A stretch of DNA of 64,000 nt from a virus (Duplodnaviria; Heunggongvirae; Uroviricota; Caudoviricetes): IMG/VR virus record IMGVR_UViG_3300048058_000019, one strand, 5' to 3'. Positions 27,205 to 34,717 of the stretch are shown piece by piece (the stretch's first letter is position 1; each line of letters opens with the position of its first letter). The notes under the pieces are model-generated. The model did not search any database. It was not told where the DNA came from and saw nothing but the letters and a program-made list of their open reading frames with translations. The translations under genes were made by a program, and so were the position numbers.

Positions 27205-27713
27205 TCCTCCATATTGAGTCTAATTTGACTCACGTAGGTTAGAACAGCAGAATCCGCCCGACAATGATCCGGAATTTTACTCAGTAAGGTTTCAGTGTTT
27301 GAACGATAACCTTTTGTGAATTTCACGGGCTTAAGCTTGAAATCTCGCGTATTATCACATCGATCAGCGAGTTTAAGTAAGACGCCATCTCGCGATAGCC
27401 GAGCAAAACGCGCGAAGTATTCAGCCTCTTTTTCAGCCTTAGGGAGAGACTTAACCTTAGTCACTCCCATGACCAGCTCAGTCATGTCGCTCCCGAAGTA
27501 GAGTCGGATTGTACCGGAAGTAACATCGGTGTCTTCAATCACATCATGAAGTACACCTGCAGTCGCCAACTTAATATTGCCGGTACGAGCAAAGAGATCA
27601 TCCGCAACCCGTAAAGGGTGGAGGATATAAGGTTCGTCAACGAACTTGCGACGTTGTCCATCGTGGGCCTTGGTCGCAAGGAGGATTGCTCTATTGTAGT
27701 TCTGAAGCCACAT
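27201..27713 (-). CDS. RelA/SpoT-family HD-domain (p)ppGpp hydrolase (small alarmone hydrolase)
   Basis: KAHDGQRRKFVDEPYILHPLRVA and AGVLHDVIEDTDV match the SpoT/Mesh1 HD hydrolase motifs. Confidence 0.8.
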   Translation of the reverse strand: MWLQNYNRAILLATKAHDGQRRKFVDEPYILHPLRVADDLFARTGNIKLATAGVLHDVIEDTDVTSGTIRLYFGSDMTELVMGVTKVKSLPKAEKEAEYFARFARLSRDGVLLKLADRCDNTRDFKLKPVKFTKGYRSNTETLLSKIPDHCRADSAVLTYVSQIRLNMEE

Positions 27714-28239
27714 GTTTTTCTACCTTATTAAGAAGGGCTCGGATTTTCTTATGATCCTCATTGTGATAGGAGATCTTACGCTCCGTTGCCTCTATATTGT
27801 CCTTAATCATCCTAACCAACAATTCTTCGAGCTTCTCGCCCACCTTCTCGTGGTTATGTAAGGGGATAAAGATTTCGAGATGTCCCCTGCCAAACGTTAG
27901 ACCTCCCTTAAGGGCGTTGTGGCGGGCCGCATATATCTGATCTAGGTGACCAATAGTCACACAAATTCTTCGATGATCTTGATCATTGGAGAATAGCTCA
28001 TGTGTCAGAACTCGTGCGCCGATCTTATCGAGCCTGCGCTCACGCCAGACTTTCTGGATATAGTCAGCCACAACCCGTTTTTGTCCTTCCGAGTTGTAAT
28101 GTTTCGTACAGAGTAAGTCTCCCGAAAGCTTCTTCAAGCAACGACTATGATAGTGACCATCAGCACCGCACTTCTCACAGATGGCAAACCGGTTGTTATA
28201 GATTAGACCTTTACATTTATCGCAGAAAGTCTTAGTCAT
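27691..28239 (-). CDS. modular Cys-rich zinc-finger protein, family member D
   Basis: Trimmed to MTKTFCDKCKG..CEKCG..H..C..LC..H. VADYIQKVWRERRL aligns with the ADYAKKMWDDVGF domain of 4524-5153. Confidence 0.55.
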   Translation of the reverse strand: MTKTFCDKCKGLIYNNRFAICEKCGADGHYHSRCLKKLSGDLLCTKHYNSEGQKRVVADYIQKVWRERRLDKIGARVLTHELFSNDQDHRRICVTIGHLDQIYAARHNALKGGLTFGRGHLEIFIPLHNHEKVGEKLEELLVRMIKDNIEATERKISYHNEDHKKIRALLNKVEKHVASELQ

Positions 28240-28486
28240 CGCTCCATCTTCCACTCGCGTGCGGTTCTCCCTTACCATAACCACGGGGATCGAGACGGTT
28301 GATTTCCTTAAATTGGCCCTCATCCATGATCTCGATCTCGCCTGCCGTCTTGTGACCGTAAGCCATCCGTCCTTTTTTCATCGGGACGTCTCCGTCCGCG
28401 ATTACACATGGAACGCAGGTTCTCGCGTTAGGGAGGGCTTCCAGGCGCTCAGCGGAGATTAGCTTACCGCAACGTTCACAACTCAT
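28232..28486 (-). CDS. DksA/TraR-type C4 zinc-finger protein
   Basis: CERCGKLISAERLEALPNARTCVPC is C-x2-C-x17-C-x2-C with the conserved I..R..A.P.A residues of PF01258-type fingers. Confidence 0.6.
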   Translation of the reverse strand: MSCERCGKLISAERLEALPNARTCVPCVIADGDVPMKKGRMAYGHKTAGEIEIMDEGQFKEINRLDPRGYGKGEPHASGRWSDD

Positions 28487-28614
28487 TCATCCTCCTCTAA
28501 TTCTTCATATTCCTCTTCGTCTTCTTCAACTTCTTCGTCGTCGTACCAGCCAAATTGTTCTCGCCAATCATTTTGGAAGAGAGCAATTTTGAGTGCAATT
28601 CTTTTGAAGTTCAC
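28483..28614 (-). CDS. tiny acidic-tailed ORF with GTG start, NFK-motif family (VNFKRIALKIALFQNDWREQFGWYDDEEVEEDEEEYEELEEDE)
   Basis: GTG at 28614; its stop overlaps the ATG of 28232-28486 as ATGA. The N-terminal NFK(R)IA matches the family motif. Confidence 0.25.
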   Translation of the reverse strand: MNFKRIALKIALFQNDWREQFGWYDDEEVEEDEEEYEELEEDE

Positions 28615-28886
28615 GTTCTCTGTCGCTTTCCGTTGAGTGTGTACCACTGACCTTCGCTCCAAGCGCCTAGGATCTCTTCAATGACTGATTTCTTAGCAGA
28701 AAGAGTCACCCGATAAAGACTCTTACCAACTTTATCACATGTTAGGATCTTGAATTCGCCTCTGGCGAGGGCCACGCCTAGGTTAGGATCCTTGAGCATA
28801 TAACGCATCGCTTGTTTGCGTGCGGAGGGCGTGATTGCATCGTCAAGATCCGGCCAACCTCCATGTTGTCTATATGAGAGTCTCAT
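28611..28886 (-). CDS. hypothetical protein (MRLSYRQHGGW..., about 91 aa)
   Basis: Trimmed to the ATG at 28886 that overlaps the stop of the upstream tiny ORF. Confidence 0.4.
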   Translation of the reverse strand: MRLSYRQHGGWPDLDDAITPSARKQAMRYMLKDPNLGVALARGEFKILTCDKVGKSLYRVTLSAKKSVIEEILGAWSEGQWYTLNGKRQRT

Positions 28887-29002
28887 GGACGAATTCCTCC
28901 TGGAGGGGGATTCCAATAACTACTGCATTCATAACAGCAGTTACATTCAGGGTTCTCCTGGCAGAGATCCATATCGCTATGAGCGATGATTGTGAAGTTC
29001 AA
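28883..29002 (-). CDS. tiny Cys-rich ORF with TTG start, NFK/NFT-motif family (LNFTIIAHSDMDLCQENPECNCCYECSSYWNPPPGGIRP)
   Basis: TTG overlaps the upstream stop as TTGA; the N-terminus copies the MNFTIIAP of its upstream neighbour. Confidence 0.2.
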   Translation of the reverse strand: MNFTIIAHSDMDLCQENPECNCCYECSSYWNPPPGGIRP

Positions 29003-29148
29003 AATTCGTCATCCTCATTACACGATCTACAATCACAGATTACATCCGAGATAAAGTAGCCAGAAGGATTACAATCGATGCAATCGCATTGCTTTTCATG
29101 GGGGACTTTATCAAGCGCCTCTTCGGGAGCAATGATTGTGAAGTTCAT
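28999..29148 (-). CDS. tiny Cys-rich ORF, NFK/NFT-motif family (MNFTIIAPEEALDKVPHEKQCDCIDCNPSGYFISDVICDCRSCNEDDEF)
   Basis: 49 aa, so below the track threshold. ATGA overlap with the upstream ORF. Confidence 0.35.
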   Translation of the reverse strand: MNFTIIAPEEALDKVPHEKQCDCIDCNPSGYFISDVICDCRSCNEDDEF

Positions 29149-29312
29149 GATTCTCTAATACAGCCTTCACACTGGCAGCGGACGCTAGAAAGATCACCGC
29201 AGATTTCATAACCCTGCTCAGCTACCCAATGTTCACAGCGACCGCACTCCCATGCGGGAGTGCCCTGCTTCTCTGCCTTGAACATCTCGGACCCACAGTA
29301 CTTACAAAGCAT
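29145..29312 (-). CDS. tiny zinc-finger ORF (MLCKYCGSEMFKAEKQGTPAWECGRCEHWVAEQGYEICGDLSSVRCQCEGCIRES)
   Basis: 55 aa. TAATG junction with 29312-29719 and ATGA junction with 28999-29148. Confidence 0.35.
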   Translation of the reverse strand: MLCKYCGSEMFKAEKQGTPAWECGRCEHWVAEQGYEICGDLSSVRCQCEGCIRES

Positions 29313-29719
29313 TATTCGGCTCCCTTCTTCTCTTTCTTAAGATACTTCGACTTCATGTTCTTCGTGCGCTCAACAATCAGCGCCGCGATTCGATCAATGA
29401 GATCAGGAACAGCTAGAGGAATGACCTCAAATTCCTGATGCCCGTACCCGTACTTCCTTCCCCTCGCCTGGAACTTGAGTTTCTCTCCTTCCACATGGAC
29501 TTCGCTGATAAGAGAACTCATGGGAGAGGGCCACCGGAAAGATAATCTACTCCCTCTATAAGTGACATACCCTGTGCTGACCGCAACCGCAACCTCGTTT
29601 GGATCAATACCAGCCTTCTTAAAGGCTTCTAGGAAGGTCTCACTGAGAATCATCATCCCAGTAACAGAATACCATTTCTTCTGAACGTAGAAGTCACCAA
29701 CATCAACTGAGGATCTCAT
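29312..29719 (-). CDS. hypothetical protein; paralogue of 18828-19223
   Basis: See 18828-19223. Confidence 0.5.
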   Translation of the reverse strand: MRSSVDVGDFYVQKKWYSVTGMMILSETFLEAFKKAGIDPNEVAVAVSTGYVTYRGSRLSFRWPSPMSSLISEVHVEGEKLKFQARGRKYGYGHQEFEVIPLAVPDLIDRIAALIVERTKNMKSKYLKKEKKGAE

Positions 29720-30192
29720 TTAACACCCTTCGTCGCGGCCCACTTCCGTATCAGCTTTTGCGTTTTCTTCCGTTCTCTCTTTGCCTTATCGGTTTCAACT
29801 AGTTCCCGCAACTTTTTGTCATAGACATCTTTCTTCTTGAGACTCTTAACAAGCTTGGTGTCAGTCTCGAACAGCGTTCTTAAAAGACCAAGAAGGTCAG
29901 ATGTCGGTTCAGCAATGTTCATGTAATAAACCCATCCATCTTTATTCGTTGACAGGTCTTGCTTGCGCGAGAAGATGACCTCAACCTCATTTTGAACGAA
30001 CACGTGGATTGCAGGGATAAAGTATCCTCCCCGAATCTGGAGATGAGGTTGGATATAAGGTGTCGAACCGCCGTACAAGGACACCTTAAATCCCTCGTTA
30101 ATGAGCCACACCTTTAGTTGGCCTAGCGTGGCAACTTTCTCTTGATGGGTCATTTCGCAAACTGACGCTTGGCCAGCTCCTCCTTGTACCAC
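29716..30192 (-). CDS. hypothetical protein (158 aa)
   Basis: Minus-strand ORF with a 4-nt overlap with the next gene. Confidence 0.5.
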   Translation of the reverse strand: MVQGGAGQASVCEMTHQEKVATLGQLKVWLINEGFKVSLYGGSTPYIQPHLQIRGGYFIPAIHVFVQNEVEVIFSRKQDLSTNKDGWVYYMNIAEPTSDLLGLLRTLFETDTKLVKSLKKKDVYDKKLRELVETDKAKRERKKTQKLIRKWAATKGVK

Positions 30193-31121
30193 TCAGGAAG
30201 GCCAGCAGTCGCTCCACGCAAGATCTTGGGAAGCGCCCACTTTAGAAGCGCCTCAGCGATGGGCGAGTTGGGACCCTTCGCCTCTTCCTCAGTGAGATCC
30301 TTGTGGACTTCCTTGATAAGCTTGCCGATGTCCTTCGGAGCATTTTCAAGCTCACCACGTTCCTCGAGGTGCATTACTGCCTTGCTCCAGCGAGCAGGGG
30401 TTTGATACGACATGATGAGCTTCTGAAGGATATCACCCTGCTTGGGGTTGGATTCCTTCCACTCGACCCCGTGCTTCTCCTTGAACTCCTCGCTGACGAA
30501 CTTCCCCATCATGGCCTTGCCATCCGAACCAAAACGGTTGTAGTTCTTGACGACAACACCTTCGATCTTCTCTTCGCCTAGGACACTCATGGTCTCGTCC
30601 ACGAGCTTCCGGAAGACGTCGTAGTTATCGATCTTGCCACGGAAGAAACAAGGGACGCACTCGAGGCCGATCCGATCGGCTTCAGCCTTCTTCTCTTCGG
30701 GAGAGAGATACTGCTCGTACGAGGGGCTGATATCGAAGATGATCAGATGGTCTTTGGGGACCCGGCCGTAAGCCCGAGTGTGATGCTTGGGCTTCGACAG
30801 GTATTCTGCCCGGTAGGTCCAGCCCAGCTTGAGATTGGGTTGAAGCTTTAGGATGGTTTCTACCGCCTTGATGAAGAGCTTCTCAGGGGCAATCAGGTTG
30901 ATCTGGGCACCCTTCGAACGGGCACGCAGCTCGGGACCCTCACCAAAATCGAAGACACCAAAGCTGAATTGGGACCCGTCCACTTTCTCTTCGAGGATCA
31001 CTTCCTCCAGGAAAAGCTCTGTGATCGCATGGTGACCCAGAGCGTGGATCTTCGTGTATGAATGATACGACGTTGCGGTTACAGGCTTCTTTGCAACCAG
31101 GGGCTTCTCTTCAGGAACCAT
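30150..31121 (-). CDS. ATP-dependent polynucleotide ligase, RNA-ligase-like (nucleotidyltransferase domain, no OB domain)
   Basis: Motif I EEKVDGSQFSF (KxDG); motif III HLIIFDI; motif IV KIEGVVVKN; motif V MMGKFVSEEFK. Start trimmed to the ATG at 31121 (MVPEEKPLV), which has a GAGGGAAAG RBS. Confidence 0.6.
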   Translation of the reverse strand: MVPEEKPLVAKKPVTATSYHSYTKIHALGHHAITELFLEEVILEEKVDGSQFSFGVFDFGEGPELRARSKGAQINLIAPEKLFIKAVETILKLQPNLKLGWTYRAEYLSKPKHHTRAYGRVPKDHLIIFDISPSYEQYLSPEEKKAEADRIGLECVPCFFRGKIDNYDVFRKLVDETMSVLGEEKIEGVVVKNYNRFGSDGKAMMGKFVSEEFKEKHGVEWKESNPKQGDILQKLIMSYQTPARWSKAVMHLEERGELENAPKDIGKLIKEVHKDLTEEEAKGPNSPIAEALLKWALPKILRGATAGLPEWYKEELAKRQFAK

Positions 31122-31464
31122 TCTTTCCCTCACAATCTTTACAGCAGCACTTGATACATACGCATTCGCTACCACCACATGGAGTAGTGCAATGCTTATG
31201 ACTACAACCACATGTCTCGTAATCGGAGAAGGGAAGTATCGACGCTAACTGCTTCCTTTCTCGATCATAGACAACCTTGAGCATCTGCTTTTCATGCTCA
31301 ACCAGGAAGATGGAAACCCGGTGGGAGTCTTTATGGTAGAATCTCGCATCTCCCACACGGATCTTGTCCACGATACGACACTGGTCCTCCTCTCTGAGGA
31401 CCAGCCCAAATCGCTGGAAGGCACGCCGTTGAGCGTGCAACCGCTGAGATTTATCTTTCTTCAT
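31111..31464 (-). CDS. Cys-rich hypothetical protein (117 aa)
   Basis: C-terminus CGCSHKHCTTPCGGSECVCIKCCCKDCEGK. Confidence 0.45.
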   Translation of the reverse strand: MKKDKSQRLHAQRRAFQRFGLVLREEDQCRIVDKIRVGDARFYHKDSHRVSIFLVEHEKQMLKVVYDRERKQLASILPFSDYETCGCSHKHCTTPCGGSECVCIKCCCKDCEGKNGS

Positions 31465-31465
31465 G

Positions 31466-31561
31466 TTAATCTCCTACCCCGCCGAAGCCGAGACTGAGGT
31501 ACCACCGATAGTAAGTTATGTTACGTCTCCTCGCCGGTGGCGCTATAATCTTGAAATTCAT
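31466..31561 (-). CDS. tiny ORF of the NFK-motif family (MNFKIIAPPARRRNITYYRWYLSLGFGGVGD, 31 aa)
   Basis: TGATG junction with the upstream gene and 2-nt spacing to the downstream ATG; begins MNFKIIAP. Confidence 0.3.
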   Translation of the reverse strand: MNFKIIAPPARRRNITYYRWYLSLGFGGVGD

Positions 31562-31926
31562 CAAGCCCATGCAAACCTGTGGAAGGATTCAATCTCCTTT
31601 GAGCGGACACATTCATCGCAGATTGGTTTAATAGGTCCATCTGTGTCCTGAAAGACTCCAGTTGCTGTGGCAGCGCAGCGAGAGCACTCCCACTCTTCGT
31701 CCTCTTCCTTCTCCTGAGGGATGAAGCGCTCATCAATCTCGCCCATTGTTTTTTGGATCGCTTTGAACCAGAGAGTCTCGTCGTGACCCGAGCATCCAAA
31801 TTCGCTCAAGATCGTCTTGAGATGATCAAACATCTCAAATGCTTTATCGTGGGTCTTGCAACGCTGAATGATGGGGAAAGGCATCCCCTGCTCGGGCTCT
31901 AAGACTTTACAAGCACACGTAGACAT
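31561..31926 (-). CDS. Cys-containing hypothetical protein (121 aa)
   Basis: Preferred over the alternative-frame ORF 31521-31799, which is low complexity. Confidence 0.4.
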   Translation of the reverse strand: MSTCACKVLEPEQGMPFPIIQRCKTHDKAFEMFDHLKTILSEFGCSGHDETLWFKAIQKTMGEIDERFIPQEKEEDEEWECSRCAATATGVFQDTDGPIKPICDECVRSKEIESFHRFAWA

Positions 31927-32176
31927 ATTGCATCCTCCTAATCATGTCAGCGAGATCTTCAAAGAAGTTGGGGTCGGCCATGTTTAATATACGCGGACGA
32001 CCTATCCCCATGACTGTGATCTTCGGTAGCTCATCTAGAATGAGCCTACCATGAGCCGAATTATCGATGAGAGATTCGATATAAAAGACGTCTCCAGCGT
32101 CGTTGATCTTGATCGGGGTCCCGCGATATTCCTCTTTCAGCCATTCAACAAGAGCTGTCTCAAAGTCGAGTTTCAT
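31907..32176 (-). CDS. hypothetical protein, DPxFF-motif family member (89 aa)
   Basis: C-terminus NMADPNFFEDLADMIRRMQYV. Confidence 0.5.
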   Translation of the reverse strand: MKLDFETALVEWLKEEYRGTPIKINDAGDVFYIESLIDNSAHGRLILDELPKITVMGIGRPRILNMADPNFFEDLADMIRRMQYVYVCL

Positions 32177-32376
32177 CGTCTCATCCAGGTTCTACCTGTC
32201 CAAACGACCCTAGACCACGCATTACAGTGGACCACATGAGGAATACCCTCTTTGTTGACGTGTCTAAAAAACTCAAGTGCTTCCGGGAATTTAGACGGAG
32301 GAGTCGTGTGATCTTTATAGAGAAAGACCTTTCCCAACAAATAGCCCGTGTAAGGGACCAAAATCTTGAAGTTCAT
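32173..32376 (-). CDS. small protein of the NFK-motif family (MNFKILVPYTGYLL..., 67 aa)
   Basis: Begins MNFKILVP. Confidence 0.45.
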   Translation of the reverse strand: MNFKILVPYTGYLLGKVFLYKDHTTPPSKFPEALEFFRHVNKEGIPHVVHCNAWSRVVWTGRTWMRR

Positions 32377-32627
32377 TTCTTCCTCTTTCTGCGTCCTTCA
32401 AGGATCTTGATCTGAGCCTCATCGAGAGAGGGGCGGAGGTCCGCAACACGAGCACGAATGTCAATCAACTCGTCCGTCATAGCACGAATCTTATCGAGAA
32501 GACGAAGGTCCCCACAAATCTTGAGGTTCCCATCACAAGTGTAAGCTGTGGTGCAACAAGCGAATGTTCCTACTCGCTCGTCACAGAAATCGCACTTATC
32601 CCCGTTTATCATTCCTAAGACGCGCAT
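32373..32627 (-). CDS. Cys-rich hypothetical protein (84 aa)
   Basis: CDFCDERVGTFACCTTAYTCDGNLKIC. Confidence 0.4.
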   Translation of the reverse strand: MRVLGMINGDKCDFCDERVGTFACCTTAYTCDGNLKICGDLRLLDKIRAMTDELIDIRARVADLRPSLDEAQIKILEGRRKRKK

Positions 32628-32860
32628 TAGGACACGTGAGATACGTGAACGGCTACTTGGACATATTCAGCAGACCATCTAACGCTTCCCTGACTGGCTT
32701 GCTTAGCGTTCTCGGGCTCGAACGCTTCGCTCCAGACCTCAGGTCCATTCTCTCCAGGAATGTTGAACGGCGAGTTAGGGAGCGCCATCAATAAACTGGC
32801 GAGTTCGTGCGTATCTTGAACCCCTCTCAGATTCTGATATTGATCTCTCGAGATTTCCAT
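32627..32860 (-). CDS. hypothetical protein (77 aa)
   Basis: Minus-strand ORF. Confidence 0.35.
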   Translation of the reverse strand: MEISRDQYQNLRGVQDTHELASLLMALPNSPFNIPGENGPEVWSEAFEPENAKQASQGSVRWSAEYVQVAVHVSHVS

Positions 32861-32870
32861 TTGATCCTCC

Positions 32871-33203
32871 TTAGTGATGGGGGTCCCACTTCATCATCTT
32901 ATCAATGTGACGCTTGAGCTTCGCGAACATGTGAGGATCGGTGATACTCACTTCTTTCCTCGCGAAGCACCCTCGAGACCTTCGTGCCAATGGATGAGAG
33001 TAGATGATTTTCATTTGATCTCCCTCACCTTGAAGATTGAAAACCGTATACCAGATGAAAGGATCAAACTTGATATCCTTCGGGATCAGTTTGAGTTGAG
33101 GACCAATCTGACCATCCTCTTCAGCTCGGAGAGTGTAAACATCAATAGCTGGATACCTATCTCGTATCCAATACCTGATTATTTCGATGCCAGTGATAGT
33201 CAT
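32871..33203 (-). CDS. hypothetical protein, DPxFF-like family member (110 aa)
   Basis: C-terminus SITDPHMFAKLKRHIDKMM. Confidence 0.45.
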   Translation of the reverse strand: MTITGIEIIRYWIRDRYPAIDVYTLRAEEDGQIGPQLKLIPKDIKFDPFIWYTVFNLQGEGDQMKIIYSHPLARRSRGCFARKEVSITDPHMFAKLKRHIDKMMKWDPHH

Positions 33204-33331
33204 TTCTTCTCCTTGAACTTCTGGATGATCTCAACCATCAAGCAGATGTAAAGGGTTAAGGCTGTCCCTTCCACACCGAAGGTCAGGAGACCTAATCCGA
33301 TAAGGAATAAAAAGAGAAGGAAATTTCTCAT
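33200..33331 (-). CDS. tiny hydrophobic peptide (MRNFLLFLFLIGLGLLTFGVEGTALTLYICLMVEIIQKFKEKK, 43 aa)
   Basis: ATGA overlaps on both sides; one predicted TM helix. Confidence 0.35.
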   Translation of the reverse strand: MRNFLLFLFLIGLGLLTFGVEGTALTLYICLMVEIIQKFKEKK

Positions 33332-33528
33332 TTTACCTCAGGTAAAACCTCAGGACCCCAATCTAGATCATAGTCTAGATTCCAATGCCAATCGGAATAA
33401 TGACCTTGGGGCCGTTGGCACCGGATAGGCTTATTGTCTGGAGTCAATGCAGACCAACAAGCATTTTCACAAAGAACCTCTTTATAGGCAGCATTTGGGG
33501 CGAAGATCTTAAATTTTTCTGAACTCAT
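33328..33528 (-). CDS. small Cys/Trp-rich protein with an N-proximal FKIFAP motif (MSSEKFKIFAPNAAYKE...)
   Basis: Variant of the NFKIxAP motif at residues 6-11. Confidence 0.4.
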   Translation of the reverse strand: MSSEKFKIFAPNAAYKEVLCENACWSALTPDNKPIRCQRPQGHYSDWHWNLDYDLDWGPEVLPEVK

Positions 33529-33839
33529 TCACCCGCCGCTTCTACCGTAGCAGACATAGAACCTGCACAACGTGGGATCCTTGGGTCTCGCCCGTAAGCG
33601 TGGACCTTATCTCTCTTGAATTCAGCATATTCAAGAGCGCCCGAATATACAATCACCTTTCCGGTCGCATCGACCTCAACTGCCATCCTGAATGCCTTCT
33701 CCTTGGAGTGACCGAAGACCACTCCAAGCATTTCGATCACATACTCGTATGTGTGATCATCATCATTCCACAGGATAACGTTGTAAGGAGGCTGTGTCTT
33801 GACATCCTCCTTGACTTCATCTTTTACTTCTGTCGACAT
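33525..33839 (-). CDS. clpS: ClpS-like N-degron adaptor (copy 1)
   Basis: PPYNVILWNDDDHTYEYVIEMLGVVFGHSKEKAFRMAVEVDATGKVIVYSGALEYAEFKRDKV aligns with the E. coli ClpS core [52 protein letters not shown]. Confidence 0.8.
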   Translation of the reverse strand: MSTEVKDEVKEDVKTQPPYNVILWNDDDHTYEYVIEMLGVVFGHSKEKAFRMAVEVDATGKVIVYSGALEYAEFKRDKVHAYGRDPRIPRCAGSMSATVEAAGE

Positions 33840-34066
33840 TACTTCTTCTCCCGTGTGGTACGTTCGGTGAATTGAGACATCTTATCGAGACTTCCGAGGT
33901 CATCAAATTTTGTGTCAAGTAATTTGACATCATTAATCTCGGCTGCACCAAATTCTCGCAGATAGTCGAGGAAATCTTCCTCACGCTCATCACCGAGAGG
34001 TACGGCATAAGTGATGCAATAAACAAGTGTCTTGCCGAGTTTCTCACAGGCCTTTTTGCGGTCCAT
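33839..34066 (-). CDS. hypothetical protein (75 aa)
   Basis: Minus-strand ORF with 1-nt junctions; preferred over the alternative-frame ORF 33817-34047. Confidence 0.4.
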   Translation of the reverse strand: MDRKKACEKLGKTLVYCITYAVPLGDEREEDFLDYLREFGAAEINDVKLLDTKFDDLGSLDKMSQFTERTTREKK

Positions 34067-34266
34067 CAGAGTCCTTTCATCTCTTCAAGGATGTCTTTCC
34101 AGTCTTTTCCAGTTCGAGTAGCTATATCCTTAATACGGAGGAGACCTTCTTTAAGAGAACAATCATAACAAAGAATATGACTTATTGGATGCAATCGTGG
34201 TTTCGCCTTGCAAGTCAAGCAAGGCACTGCAGCTATCGGCGCAGTCATTTTGAAGTTCCCGAGCAT
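34066..34266 (-). CDS. small Cys-containing protein with an N-proximal NFKMTAP motif (MLGNFKMTAPIAAVPCLTCK...)
   Basis: Motif variant at residues 4-10. Confidence 0.4.
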   Translation of the reverse strand: MLGNFKMTAPIAAVPCLTCKAKPRLHPISHILCYDCSLKEGLLRIKDIATRTGKDWKDILEEMKGL

Positions 34267-34269
34267 CTA

Positions 34270-34446
34270 CCTCACCAATCCCACGTACACGAGATCCCTC
34301 GACTTCGACTTCTTCGATCCATCCACGCTCGTCTCCGTCACGGTGACTTGACGGCCCTTTCGGGTCTTCATCTTCCTCCGGACGCCGTGCTTCGCGTCGG
34401 TCCTGGAGTAGAAACCGTGAACCATCTTACTGTTGCTGCGCCGCAT
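34270..34446 (-). CDS. possible small highly basic protein (MRRSNSKMVHGFYSRTDAKHGVRRKMKTRKGRQV..., 58 aa)
   Basis: Fills the gap on the coding strand. The competing plus-strand ORF 34027-34518 is antisense to everything else nearby. Confidence 0.3.
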
Positions 34447-34717
34447 CGTTTTCCTCCTTGTAAGCTTCCGTATCCAACTGGTTTAAGCGAGCATTATTTC
34501 TCTCTACCCAGAGATTGAATTCTGGTCTTTCTTGAAGGGTAGTGAGAATCTCCATTGTCTTGGGCTCATCAAGCTGCCCTGGCAGAACATAGAGCTTCCA
34601 GATCCTTTTAAAACGTTTGAACCCCTCCAGATCTCTCACCGCATCATGCTCATATGCGGCGAGTATCTTCATCCGATCGATGCCGAGGATCTTGAAGTTG
34701 CTCCTACTCTCCATTCT
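34427..34717 (-). CDS. small protein of the NFK-motif family (MESRSNFKILGIDRMKILAAYEHDAVRDLEGF...)
   Basis: Trimmed to the internal Met. It is a paralogue of 34856-35089 (IDRMRELERFEHDAVKDIAWF). Confidence 0.4.
   Translation of the reverse strand, partial: RMESRSNFKILGIDRMKILAAYEHDAVRDLEGFKRFKRIWKLYVLPGQLDEPKTMEILTTLQERPEFNLWVERNNARLNQLDTEAYKEENDAAQQQ

Noticed and set aside
31521-31799. 92-aa minus-strand ORF (Ser/Arg-rich)
   Set aside because: It is an alternative frame over 31561-31926 and is low complexity. Its only interesting part is the 31-aa MNFKIIAP micro-ORF in yet another frame, which is reported separately.
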